Source: Thermomicrobia bacterium (GTDB taxonomy: Bacteria; Chloroflexota; Chloroflexia; Thermomicrobiales; UBA6265). Taken from it: a stretch of DNA of 64,000 nt. Shown here in pieces: positions 47,976 to 57,107 of this stretch. The notes beneath the pieces are model-generated. The model had not been told where the DNA came from. It ran no database searches and saw only the letters and a list, made by a program, of their open reading frames with translations. The first letter of the stretch is position 1; each line of letters opens with the position of its first letter. The DNA is taken from contig JBIQLF010000004.1 in assembly GCA_044464585.1 (NCBI GenBank), forward strand, positions 7,487-71,486, given 5' to 3'. The position numbers and the translations under genes are program-made.

Positions 47976-48348
47976 TCCTCACCGTATCAGGACCTCCCTC
48001 GACCGCCGTGGGCAACCTGCGGGAAGCAGCCACTCGTTTCGGCGTCACATCCTCATTCGGATTGCGTCATTTCGAAAAATGCCGGGGCACGGTATCATTT
48101 TCGGATCGCGCGACTCCATAGGCCATCGCTCGGACGCAGCTCCCTGGACGGCGAGGACGGGGATCGCGCGTCGAGTACGAACAGGCAAATGGCCGTGGTC
48201 CGCTCACTGCGGCCTTTTTCGTTCGGTCTTTTCCATCCGAACCGCCACGCCGGCTCCAACCGGACCGTGGAAACGGGCGTGACGGGAAGGGCTCCTGAGT
48301 ACAGCAATCGTTTCGTGGCCAGGCGGCCCCCGAGGTAGCGACCCCACC

Positions 48349-49614
48349 ATGCTCGTGGAATTGCAGTCACCATCATCTGCCGATCTCATCGAATTCGTTT
48401 GTGACACTGGCGCATCCGCCGGTCTCACACCCACGGTCTTCGATGGGGAACCGACCATGATTCTGCTCGCGGGCACCCCGCTGGCAGAGATTCATTCCAC
48501 GCTCCTTGCCCGCCCGGGTGTGGTGCGCGTCAGCAATCCGATGGATTCTGGCTCACCCGTGACCAGCAATCTCCGGATTCGCGCAATTCGGCCGCTGACA
48601 CCCCCGGCGATCTTGATGGAACAACTGCCATTGCCGGCCGAAGCGGCGATCCTGGTCCAGGACTCGCGCAGAGCGATCAGCCACATCCTCGATGGACGCG
48701 ACGATCGCCTGGTGGTCGTGGTGGGGCCCTGTTCGATCCATGATGCCGAAGCGGCGCTCGACTACGCGCAACGCCTGGCCGATCTCGCGACCGGTCTCGA
48801 GCGCGAGCTCATGTTGGTCTTGCGCGTCTATTTCGAAAAACCGCGCACCACGGTCGGGTGGAAAGGCCTGATCAACGATCCACGCGGAAACGGCAGTTAT
48901 GCCGTCAACGAGGGACTTCATATTGCCCGCGGACTGCTCCTGGATGTGCTGGAATTGGGTCTGCCTGCCGGTTGCGAGTTCCTCGATCCGATCTCACCGC
49001 AGTTCATTGCCGATTCGGTGAGCTGGGCAGCCATCGGCGCGCGCACCACCGAAAGCCAGGTGCATCGAAATCTGTCATCGGGACTCTCCATGCCCGTTGG
49101 CTTCAAGAATGGAACGAGCGGCGACATTCAGATCGCCATCGATGCGATTTCGGCCGCCGCGTGGCCACACCATTTCATGAGCGTGACCGAGCAGGGTCTG
49201 GCTGCCATTGTCGATACGCATGGCAACGAGGACACGCATGTGATCCTGCGCGGCGGGCGAACCGGACCGAACTACGACCGGGAAAATGTTGAATCCGTGC
49301 TCGAATCGCTGCGAGCGGCAAATCTGCCGGCCCGGCTGATGATCGACGCCAGCCATGGCAACAGCAAGAAGGACTACCGGCGCCAACCGCTTGTCGCCGC
49401 CGATGTCGCACGGCAAGTCGCCGAAGGCCAGACTGGCATAATCGGCGTCATGCTGGAGAGTTTCCTGGTGGACGGACGCCAGGAACTCGACTGGGCAAAC
49501 GGAATGACCTATGGCCAGAGTGTGACCGACAGTTGCATGGGGTGGGAGATGACCGAAGGAGTTCTGCAGGAGCTCGCCGCTGCGGTCCGCACCAGACGCG
49601 AAGTCACATCCTGA
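48349..49614 (+). CDS. 3-deoxy-7-phosphoheptulonate (DAHP) synthase, type I-alpha, with a 64-aa N-terminal extension
   Basis: The AroG/F/H-like core (GPCSIHD, RVYFEKPRTTVGWKGLINDP, GARTTESQVHR, IDASHGNS) aligns from NLRIRAIRPL onward. The minimal enzyme would start at the ATG at 48541. The open frame continues up to the ATG at 48349 with protein-like sequence. Confidence 0.85.
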   Translation: MLVELQSPSSADLIEFVCDTGASAGLTPTVFDGEPTMILLAGTPLAEIHSTLLARPGVVRVSNPMDSGSPVTSNLRIRAIRPLTPPAILMEQLPLPAEAAILVQDSRRAISHILDGRDDRLVVVVGPCSIHDAEAALDYAQRLADLATGLERELMLVLRVYFEKPRTTVGWKGLINDPRGNGSYAVNEGLHIARGLLLDVLELGLPAGCEFLDPISPQFIADSVSWAAIGARTTESQVHRNLSSGLSMPVGFKNGTSGDIQIAIDAISAAAWPHHFMSVTEQGLAAIVDTHGNEDTHVILRGGRTGPNYDRENVESVLESLRAANLPARLMIDASHGNSKKDYRRQPLVAADVARQVAEGQTGIIGVMLESFLVDGRQELDWANGMTYGQSVTDSCMGWEMTEGVLQELAAAVRTRREVTS

Positions 49615-49620
49615 GCTCAT

Positions 49621-50757
49621 TCATCGGAGCCGGCCCGCATCGCGAAGGATCGGGATCACGAGATCGAGAGGCAGCGCCTCGCGCGTGTGCCCGTCCCGGC
49701 CGGTGACCGTCGTCGCACGAAAGAGCGCATCGATGATCGCCTCCTCGGTCGATTCGACGGCCGCCTGAAAGAGCGCGTCGATCGCTTCGCTCGATCCATC
49801 CGGGCCGCCTTCCGACACGAAGCGCGCTGGAATCGTCCACGTATCGGAAGCATAAGGCCTCCGGACTGAATCCGCGGTCGAGAACGCGATCACGACATCA
49901 CCACTGCCATGGCCGCCCAGCGAACCGGTCCGCGCCAACCCCAGGATGGCTCGCCTGGCCAGTCGCCGGAGATGCCGATCGATCATCGGCGCGTCGGTCG
50001 CCAGCACCATAACGATCGAACCCCGTTCGGCCACTGGAATACTTGGTTCCAGCAACCGGCCAACCGGCACGCCATCGATCACCAGAGCGCCCGGTTTACC
50101 GAAATTGGCCAGCACGAGCGCGCCGACCGTCCAGCCCCCGATCGGATCGGGGATCGTTCTGGACGATGTGCCGATCCCGCCCTTGAATCCGAAACACGAC
50201 ATGCCGGTGCCAGCGCCAACCGATCCCCCCGCAACTGGCCCGCTCCTTGCCGAATCGATCGCGGCCAGCGTTTCCGTTTCGCCGACATGCCGCCCCTGAA
50301 TGTCATTGAGCCAGCCATCGTTGCATTCGCCAACGAATGGATTCACGGTCGGCATCGAGATACCGATTCCAGGATTCTGGGCGATCGCATGCGAAATCAG
50401 GCCATCCGCCACCCGGCCGACCGACAATGTCGAAGTGAGCGCGATCGGGGTCTCGAGCACACCAAGCTCGTCCACTTGCTCGATACCGATGCACTTGCCG
50501 AATCCATTGAACTGCTCATAAGCGGCAGGAACCCGATCGAGAAAGAGATTTCCGCCATGCGGAAGAATCACCGTCACCCCGGTGCGCGCGGGGCCGTTTC
50601 CCGGGCGCAGCACGCCATCCCCGAACCAAACGGTGGTATGCCCGACACGCACCCCCGCCACATCGGTGATGGCATTCAGCGGACCCGCCGGCAACGCACC
50701 GAGCACCAGCCCGATGTCACGCACGCGCGGTCGTTCCTCCATCGATCTATGCATCAC
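49621..50757 (-). CDS. Peptidase family S58 (DmpA-like aminopeptidase / P1 family)
   Basis: DVAGVRVGHTT..., GFKGGIGTSS and a self-processing Ntn-type pattern. Alternative start at 50742. Confidence 0.75.
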   Translation of the reverse strand: MMHRSMEERPRVRDIGLVLGALPAGPLNAITDVAGVRVGHTTVWFGDGVLRPGNGPARTGVTVILPHGGNLFLDRVPAAYEQFNGFGKCIGIEQVDELGVLETPIALTSTLSVGRVADGLISHAIAQNPGIGISMPTVNPFVGECNDGWLNDIQGRHVGETETLAAIDSARSGPVAGGSVGAGTGMSCFGFKGGIGTSSRTIPDPIGGWTVGALVLANFGKPGALVIDGVPVGRLLEPSIPVAERGSIVMVLATDAPMIDRHLRRLARRAILGLARTGSLGGHGSGDVVIAFSTADSVRRPYASDTWTIPARFVSEGGPDGSSEAIDALFQAAVESTEEAIIDALFRATTVTGRDGHTREALPLDLVIPILRDAGRLR

Positions 50758-51337
50758 CGCCCCCTTGTTCCATCGTCGTCATCCAGGTCGAATCGCTCCG
50801 CAGAACGGCATATAAATGTGAATCGTGAAATTGCCCGTTCTTGTATGCATGACCGCGCATGACCCCTTCCGGCGCCATCCCGATCTTCCGCATCACGCCG
50901 GCGGAAGCCTCATTTCCCGGAAAATGGGTTGCCTGAATGCGCTCGAGCTTTCCCGTCTCGAACGCCCAGGAGACCACCCGTCGCGCCGCCTCCGTGGTGT
51001 ATCCCTTCCCTCGGAACGATTCGCCCATCCAATACCCGATCTCCGCTCGCCGCGATTGCCACTCGACATCGTGCAAGCCGATCATACCGGTCAACGCGCC
51101 CGTCGCTTTCTCGACAATAGCCCAGTTGACCGCCTCAGGCGCAGAATCGCCCGCTGATTGCCGCGAGATGACAAAGCGCGCATCATCGATCGTATACGGC
51201 CAGGGAAGCCGCAATGTCCATCGCGCGATCGCCGGGTCCTGCAACAGCGCGGTCATTGCCTCGGCGTCAGCCATTTCGAGCGGCCGCAGGAGCAGCCGCG
51301 GGGTCTCCATCCGCTCGATTGCAATGCCTTCATCCAT
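50747..51337 (-). CDS. GNAT-family N-acetyltransferase (RimJ/RimL-like)
   Basis: ETPRLLLRPLEMADAEAM...GYWMGESFRGKGYTTEAA...HFPGNEASAGVMRKIGM is a typical RimJ-like pattern. The N-terminal part of the track ORF is rejected. Confidence 0.8.
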   Translation of the reverse strand: MDEGIAIERMETPRLLLRPLEMADAEAMTALLQDPAIARWTLRLPWPYTIDDARFVISRQSAGDSAPEAVNWAIVEKATGALTGMIGLHDVEWQSRRAEIGYWMGESFRGKGYTTEAARRVVSWAFETGKLERIQATHFPGNEASAGVMRKIGMAPEGVMRGHAYKNGQFHDSHLYAVLRSDSTWMTTMEQGGGDA

Positions 51338-51522
51338 ATCGATCCTCGCGATCGCGCGGGTGTTTTGGAACAGCCGCTCTTCGTGCGAAAATACCACCGA
51401 CTTCACATCGCCGCAGCCCCGCTGCTGCAACCGATGATCATGAGAACCTGGCCGTGGTTGCCGGAGCCGTGGCGACACTGACGAGTCGCACGATCACGAC
51501 CGAACCGAAGGGCTACCACGCG

Positions 51523-53259
51523 ATGGAGCATACCGAGCTCGTATTCGATCTGGCAGCCGCATTGGCCGCCGCCTTTGCGGGTGGCTGGGTTGCCCGGCGA
51601 TTCGGACAACCGGTGCTGATCGGGTATTTGCTCGCCGGGGTGATCATCGGACCCCATACGCCCGGTTTCGACGCCGACCGCCTGCGCGTGCAACAACTCG
51701 CCGAATTGGGCGTTGCGCTGCTGATGTTCGGATTGGGGGTGCAGTTCTCGATTTCCGAAATCGTGCGCGTCAAGCGCACCGTCTCGATCGCCGGTGGAAT
51801 CCAGATTCCTGCGTCCATCGGTCTTGGAATCCTGGTCGGCGTGCTTTCCGGATGGAATTTCCAGGCATCCGCCTTGCTGGGGGGCGCATTCGCGATTTCC
51901 AGTTCGATCGTGACCCTGACCTGGTTGATGAGCCGCGGCGAAGGCGCATCCGAACATGCGCGGGTCGCACTCGGGTTGGGCGTCGTCCAGGATCTCGCGC
52001 TCGTTCCGATGATTGCGCTGTTGCCGGTTCTGGGCGACAACGGCGATTCGAATATCCTCGTCGAGCTGGTCAAATCGACCAGTATCGCCGGGATCGCACT
52101 CGGGTTGGTGATCGTGCTCGGCACGCGGCTGGTGCCGCGCATCCTGTTCGTCGTCGCTCGCTCCGAATCTCGTGAGCTCTTCTTGCTGATCGTGGTGCTC
52201 ATCGCTTTTGGCACCGCGCTCGCCAGCCAGAAAGCTGGACTATCGCTCGCACTCGGAGCGTTTCTTGCTGGATTAGTCGTTTCTGAATCGGGATATGACC
52301 GGCAGGTTCTCAGCCAAATCATCCCGCTGCGTGATCTGTTCGCCACGCTCTTTTTCGTTTCGATCGGTATGTTGGTCGATCCGGATTACATCGTGCATCA
52401 CCTCCCGCAGATCGTTCTGTTCACCGGCGCCGTCGTCATGGGCAAGGTCCTCATCATTGGTGGCGCGCTATTGGCGGCGGGCGTCAACCATATGACCGCC
52501 GCGCTGGTCGGAATCTTCATGGCGCAGATGGGTGAATTCAGCTTCGTGCTGGCGGGCGCGGGCCACAACGATCGCATCATCGACGGAGATCAATTCGGCG
52601 TCATTCTGGCCGTGGCCGTCGCTTCGATCCTGATGACACCGTTCGTGGTCAAGCTTGCTCCATCGCTCATCGATGTTTCGGCTCATCTCCCCGGGGTGAA
52701 AAAGCAGGAGCTCGCCATCGCGGGCGACGAGCCGCCCGCCGCGGAGCTCCGCCGTCACACCATCATTTGCGGATATGGCCGCATGGGAGCGGTGCTCGGC
52801 GACGCACTGGAACGCCGGGGATTCAGCTACACTGTCGTGGAAATCAACCCAGCGATCGTTCGCGATTTGCGAGCGCGGGGGATCCATGCGATTTATGGGG
52901 ATGCTGGCGCCGAACCCGTGTTGGAACACGCCGGAGTCCGCAATGCCCGGGTGCTCGTCCTGGCGGCGGTCGATCTCATCTCGACTCCGGCGGCCATCCG
53001 CTATGCGCGCAAAGTGAATCCATCGATCTCGATCTTCGCCCGCGCCCAATCGGCCGCCCGAGTCGAAATCCTGCGTGAGAGCGGCGCCAACGAGATCGTG
53101 CAACCGGAATTCGAAGCTGGGTTGGAATGCGTGCGCTATGTGATGCGCCGTTATGGGGTGTCCGCACAGGAAACCAACGCGCTCGTTTCCCGTCGCCGGA
53201 CCGCACACTATCAAAAATCGCTGGAAGACTACGAGGATTCGCTCCCACTCGAACCGTGA
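51523..53259 (+). CDS. Cation:proton antiporter (CPA2/Kef-type) with C-terminal RCK/TrkA-N domain
   Basis: GQPVLIGYLLAGVIIGP is the CPA2 N-terminus. The C-terminal Rossmann IICGYGRMG is RCK-like. ATG at 51523; the track ORF starts at 51214. Confidence 0.85.
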   Translation: MEHTELVFDLAAALAAAFAGGWVARRFGQPVLIGYLLAGVIIGPHTPGFDADRLRVQQLAELGVALLMFGLGVQFSISEIVRVKRTVSIAGGIQIPASIGLGILVGVLSGWNFQASALLGGAFAISSSIVTLTWLMSRGEGASEHARVALGLGVVQDLALVPMIALLPVLGDNGDSNILVELVKSTSIAGIALGLVIVLGTRLVPRILFVVARSESRELFLLIVVLIAFGTALASQKAGLSLALGAFLAGLVVSESGYDRQVLSQIIPLRDLFATLFFVSIGMLVDPDYIVHHLPQIVLFTGAVVMGKVLIIGGALLAAGVNHMTAALVGIFMAQMGEFSFVLAGAGHNDRIIDGDQFGVILAVAVASILMTPFVVKLAPSLIDVSAHLPGVKKQELAIAGDEPPAAELRRHTIICGYGRMGAVLGDALERRGFSYTVVEINPAIVRDLRARGIHAIYGDAGAEPVLEHAGVRNARVLVLAAVDLISTPAAIRYARKVNPSISIFARAQSAARVEILRESGANEIVQPEFEAGLECVRYVMRRYGVSAQETNALVSRRRTAHYQKSLEDYEDSLPLEP

Positions 53260-53303
53260 TCGGTCACGGATGGCGATCGCTCTTGTCGTTCGCCCGGAAG
53301 CCG

Positions 53304-53849
53304 TCAGACCGCGCCAGCATCGGCGCTGAGTAACCGGCCCACACGTTTTGCCAGCGCAAGATAGATTTCGGTTTCGCGCTGATAGGCCATCGTCCCCTGG
53401 TCGCGGTTGGCCGCCTCGATGGTTTGGGTGGCAGCATCGCGCAATTCGTCGATCTCGTCGCGCAATTCCTGATCGTCGACCAGAAACGAGAGCACCTGCA
53501 ATTCGGTCCAAACCTGGTTGTATTCGCTACGATCCTTGGGATCGAGCGGTTCGCCATTCGGTCCCACCGGCCAGCGACGCCGGGCATCGTGCTCCGCCAC
53601 GCAGTTCCAGTAGTGCCGATCGGTGATCGCATGCCAGCGGGCCGCCATTGCCAGCAGCTCGGTCAGCTTTTCGAACTGAAATTGCTCGCGATGCGCCTCG
53701 CGCCGTTCCAAGCGCCCCCATCGCATCGTGATGCGGCTCATGGCCAGACCCAGCACTCCACCGAGAATCAGCGTGAATACCGGAAACCAGATTTCGAACC
53801 GCACGACCACTCCCTTCGAGACATCACCGTCCCGCTCGAACGTCATCAT
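53304..53849 (-). CDS. Hypothetical single-pass membrane protein
   Basis: One TM segment (WFPVFTLILGGVLGLAM) followed by a charged helical region. No recognisable motif. Start at MMTFERDG chosen. Confidence 0.4.
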   Translation of the reverse strand: MMTFERDGDVSKGVVVRFEIWFPVFTLILGGVLGLAMSRITMRWGRLERREAHREQFQFEKLTELLAMAARWHAITDRHYWNCVAEHDARRRWPVGPNGEPLDPKDRSEYNQVWTELQVLSFLVDDQELRDEIDELRDAATQTIEAANRDQGTMAYQRETEIYLALAKRVGRLLSADAGAV

Positions 53850-53940
53850 ACTCAGCACCGTGTCCCCCTGCGAGGATCGTTCCGGTCCCGCGTACAATTC
53901 CCCGAATTGACAGGCAAATCGACTGGGAGAATCGAGTCCA

Positions 53941-55035
53941 ATGCGAGCAGCTGTGCAGTTCGAAGTTCCTGGCGCACTGGAAATCGTCGATCTGGATGTT
54001 GCGGAACCAGGACCGCGCGAGGTCCTCATCCAGGTGGCTGCATCCGGGCTCTGCCACAGCGATCTGCATTTCCTCGAAGGTAAATATCACACCGATCTCC
54101 CCTGCGTGCTCGGTCACGAGGCCGCCGGGATCGTGCTGGCAACCGGCCGCGATGTCACGTATCTGGCGCCGGGGGATCATGTGATCACATGTCTGTCGTC
54201 GTTTTGCGGCACCTGCAAGTATTGCACGACCGGCCGTCCCTACCTGTGCGATCGGCACGGGCTCGAACGCCACATTTCGGAGTCACCGCGGCTATCGTTC
54301 GAGGGCCGCCGGGTCAATCAGTTCGCACGATTGGGCGCATTTGCAGAGCAGATGCTGGTGCACGAAAACAGCACGGTGAAGGTCAGGCCGGATATGCCGC
54401 TGGACCGGGCCGCATTGGTCGGATGCGCGGTCGCCACCGGGGTCGGCGCGGTCGTGAACACCGCGCGCATTCCAATGGGAGCTACCGTCGCGATCATCGG
54501 TTGTGGCGGCATCGGCCTGAACGCAGTGCAAGGCGCCGCGTTGGCTGGCGCTGGCAAGGTGATTGCCATCGACAAGCTGGCATGGAAACTCGATCTTGCC
54601 CGCACCTACGGAGCCACCGACACCATCGATGCCTCGGAGGACGATGCAGTCGAAGCAGTGCTGGAGCTTGTGCCGGGCGGCGTCGACTATGCCTTCGAGG
54701 CGATCGGTCTCAAGAAAGCCGCGGAACAGGCTTTTCAGATGCTGGCCAAGGGCGGAACCGCGGTGGTCGTCGGCATGATTCCGGAAGGCCAGATGATCGA
54801 GATCAATGGCGAGCTCCTCATGGGAGACGGTAAGCGTCTCGTCGGGTCGAATATGGGATCGAATCGATTCCGCGTCGATATCCCCAATTATGTCGATGCC
54901 TATCTGAATGGCCGGTTGAAACTCGACGAGCTGGTTTCGAAGCGAATTTCCCTCGATGCGGTGAACGACGGCTATGCGGCGCTGAACCGGGGCGAGGTCG
55001 CGCGCAGTGTCATCGTGTTCCCGGACGTGGCCTAG
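53941..55035 (+). CDS. Zinc-dependent alcohol dehydrogenase family oxidoreductase
   Basis: Catalytic Zn motif GLCHSDLH...GHEAAG, structural Zn Cys cluster CGTCKYCTTGRPYLC, and Rossmann IIGCGGIG. Confidence 0.85.
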   Translation: MRAAVQFEVPGALEIVDLDVAEPGPREVLIQVAASGLCHSDLHFLEGKYHTDLPCVLGHEAAGIVLATGRDVTYLAPGDHVITCLSSFCGTCKYCTTGRPYLCDRHGLERHISESPRLSFEGRRVNQFARLGAFAEQMLVHENSTVKVRPDMPLDRAALVGCAVATGVGAVVNTARIPMGATVAIIGCGGIGLNAVQGAALAGAGKVIAIDKLAWKLDLARTYGATDTIDASEDDAVEAVLELVPGGVDYAFEAIGLKKAAEQAFQMLAKGGTAVVVGMIPEGQMIEINGELLMGDGKRLVGSNMGSNRFRVDIPNYVDAYLNGRLKLDELVSKRISLDAVNDGYAALNRGEVARSVIVFPDVA

Positions 55036-55088
55036 GAAAAGATCGCACGCGGTGAGAATCTGGCGTATACTTTCCCGGCTTGCGACTC

Positions 55089-55174
55089 GGAGAGGTGGCC
55101 GAGTGGTTTAAGGCGGCTGTCTTGAAAACAGTTGAGCGAAAGCTCCGGGGGTTCGAATCCCTCCCTCTCCGCCA
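55089..55174 (+). tRNA. tRNA-Ser (anticodon TGA)
   Basis: Acceptor GGAGAGG pairs with CCTCTCC. Anticodon loop CTTGAAA, long variable arm, and CCA encoded. Confidence 0.9.
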
Positions 55175-55208
55175 GCCACCGGCCCGTTCGATCGTAAGTC
55201 GAGCATCT

Positions 55209-55299
55209 GGGAAGGTGCCAGAGTGGTCGAATGGGGCCGCCTGCTAAGCGGTTGAAGGGGCTCAAATCTCTTCCGAGGGTTCGAATCCCTCCCTTCCCG
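55209..55299 (+). tRNA. tRNA-Ser (anticodon GCT)
   Basis: Acceptor GGGAAGG pairs with CCTTCCC. Anticodon loop CTGCTAA, long variable arm, and T-arm GAGGG-TTCGAAT-CCCTC. Confidence 0.9.
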
Positions 55300-55334
55300 C
55301 CGCGGACGGTCGACCGTTCGAGCACAATGCGAAT

Positions 55335-55410
55335 GCGCCTGTAGCTCAGGGGATAGAGCGTTGGGTTGCGGACCCAAAGGCCGCAGGTTCGAATCCTGCC
55401 AGGCGTACCA
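55335..55410 (+). tRNA. tRNA-Arg (anticodon GCG)
   Basis: Acceptor GCGCCTG pairs with CAGGCGT. Anticodon stem TTGGG/CCCAA with loop TTGCGGA. A in the D-loop at the position-20 region. CCA encoded. Confidence 0.8.
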
Positions 55411-55454
55411 AGTTAATCCTATTGAAACAAACACCCTATGAATCAGGGCGTGTA

Positions 55455-55910
55455 TTAGGAAATCCGCTGCACCGAGCAGCCGCTCACAGTGCACCTTCGT
55501 TCCGACAGGAGCGGATCAGTGCGCAGCGAACCCGGATCGAGTGAACGTATGTGGTTTGCGAGTTGGTCGATGTCCATGCTCTCCCCTCGCTGTACGGAGC
55601 CCCTCCCCCGGCCGAGGCCAAATGTGTGGCGGAGAAGCTGGAGATCCATCACATCCCCAAGCGTGGGAGTCGGTCGAGTATGGCCGAAATCGGGATGAGT
55701 GTGCTGCAACGCCGATGCCTGGGGTAGCGATTCGCCACCCAGACGCAGGTGGAAACAACGATCATAGCCTAGGTGGCGACCCGCAATACGGCTACATCCC
55801 GTATCGACCAGCAGCACACGACCGACGAGGCATGTACCAAACTCTGGCAACTCTATCCCGCATGTGAGGCGTGCCAGCCCGCAAGGTGTCCTGTCAGGCG
55901 ATGAGTACAC
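55455..55910 (-). pseudogene. Possible remnant of a DDE transposase (IS701-like N-terminal fragment)
   Basis: Two overlapping frames read VLLVDTGCSRIAGRHLG... and ...GWRIATPGIGVAAHS. These weakly resemble the LxVDDTGxxKxG...GRxxNCQxGVF region of IS701-type transposases. AT-richer sequence lies next to the tRNA cluster. Confidence 0.25.
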
Positions 55911-55916
55911 CCGTTG

Positions 55917-57107
55917 TTATGCCAAGGCAGCACGGAGTCGCTCCACCACAATAACGTCTTCGCTTGGCTGGACACCGAGCGGGTTGACGCCCACGATGCC
56001 TTTGTAGGCAAATCCTTCTGAAAGCAGAATCGGAGGATCACCCTCGGCAAGCTCGTTCACGATGTCATAAGCGCTCGATCCAATAGCGGTTTCGTTCAGA
56101 TGGAGTCGAAGCACTGGAACCGGCCGTTTGGGATCGATATAGATTTCAGGTTCGACCCCATCGATACCTTGGAGCCCATCTGCCATTGCCTGGATCCGTA
56201 CTTTGAACTCCATCGCTTCGGTCTCGTGATCTCGCGCCAGGTAGCGCTCGAGGGCGACCATCAATCCGACAATCTCCTCTTTGCCGACCTTGAAACCACG
56301 ACCAATACCATGATGCGGTGGCCCGGGGAGGACACCGGATTCGAGGTATTTGCCACGGAGCGACCAGGTTTCCGGATAGATATCCATGTCCTGATGCTGT
56401 AAGGCAATCGACTCGATCAAATCTCGACGCCCCGCGACGATACCAGTACTTTGCGGACCCCGAATCGCCTTGCCCCCGCTGAAGATCACGGCATCGGCTC
56501 CAAGCTCGATAAACCGGCGCAGATTGCGGGCTGGCGGGAGTGCGGCCGCGGCATCGACGATGACATCGGCTCCATGGCGATGGGCGATCGTGCTCACCTC
56601 TTCGAGTGACGCAACCCCGGGAATATCGGAGACGGGCCAAAGAATCGCCGTCGTTTGGTCGGTGATCGCCGCTTCGACTTGCCATGGCCAGCTTGCGCCC
56701 CGCCCGGGGAAACCGGACGTTCCCACTTCGACAAGTCGTGCTCCGGCCACGAGTGCGGCGTGATCGTATGCGTTACGATGCGGTCGCTGTACGATTACCT
56801 CAGCAGCCATGCCACTGGTGTCAGGCAATCGGTTCATTCGGTCGACATCGAGCCCGGCAATCGAAGCGGCGACCGCCAGCGTGATTCCGGCTGAGGCCCC
56901 CGAAGTGACATAGCCAGCTTCAGCTCCAGTTGCCCCCGCAATCAACGCTCCGGCCGCATCCTGCAACTCGTCGATTCGGACGAAGCTTCGTGCCGCCTGC
57001 ACCATGGCATCACTTACTTCCGGATCCATGAGGGTGCCACCGGCACGGGTTTGTGTACCAGCCGCATTGATAACCGGCCTGACCCCCCAACGTGCATAGA
57101 TCGTCAT
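55917..57107 (-). CDS. SelA-like PLP-dependent enzyme (D-glucosaminate-6-phosphate ammonia-lyase DgaE-like family)
   Basis: 396 aa. The PLP-lysine region VIFSGGKAIRGPQSTGI matches the SelA/DgaE-type motif. Confidence 0.65.
   Translation of the reverse strand: MTIYARWGVRPVINAAGTQTRAGGTLMDPEVSDAMVQAARSFVRIDELQDAAGALIAGATGAEAGYVTSGASAGITLAVAASIAGLDVDRMNRLPDTSGMAAEVIVQRPHRNAYDHAALVAGARLVEVGTSGFPGRGASWPWQVEAAITDQTTAILWPVSDIPGVASLEEVSTIAHRHGADVIVDAAAALPPARNLRRFIELGADAVIFSGGKAIRGPQSTGIVAGRRDLIESIALQHQDMDIYPETWSLRGKYLESGVLPGPPHHGIGRGFKVGKEEIVGLMVALERYLARDHETEAMEFKVRIQAMADGLQGIDGVEPEIYIDPKRPVPVLRLHLNETAIGSSAYDIVNELAEGDPPILLSEGFAYKGIVGVNPLGVQPSEDVIVVERLRAALA

Noticed and set aside
48189-48344. Phe-containing leader peptide for attenuation control of DAHP synthase
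   Set aside because: It has only three Phe codons, is 51 codons long and has no SD. That is too weak to call a classical attenuator peptide, so it is mentioned only inside the leader finding.
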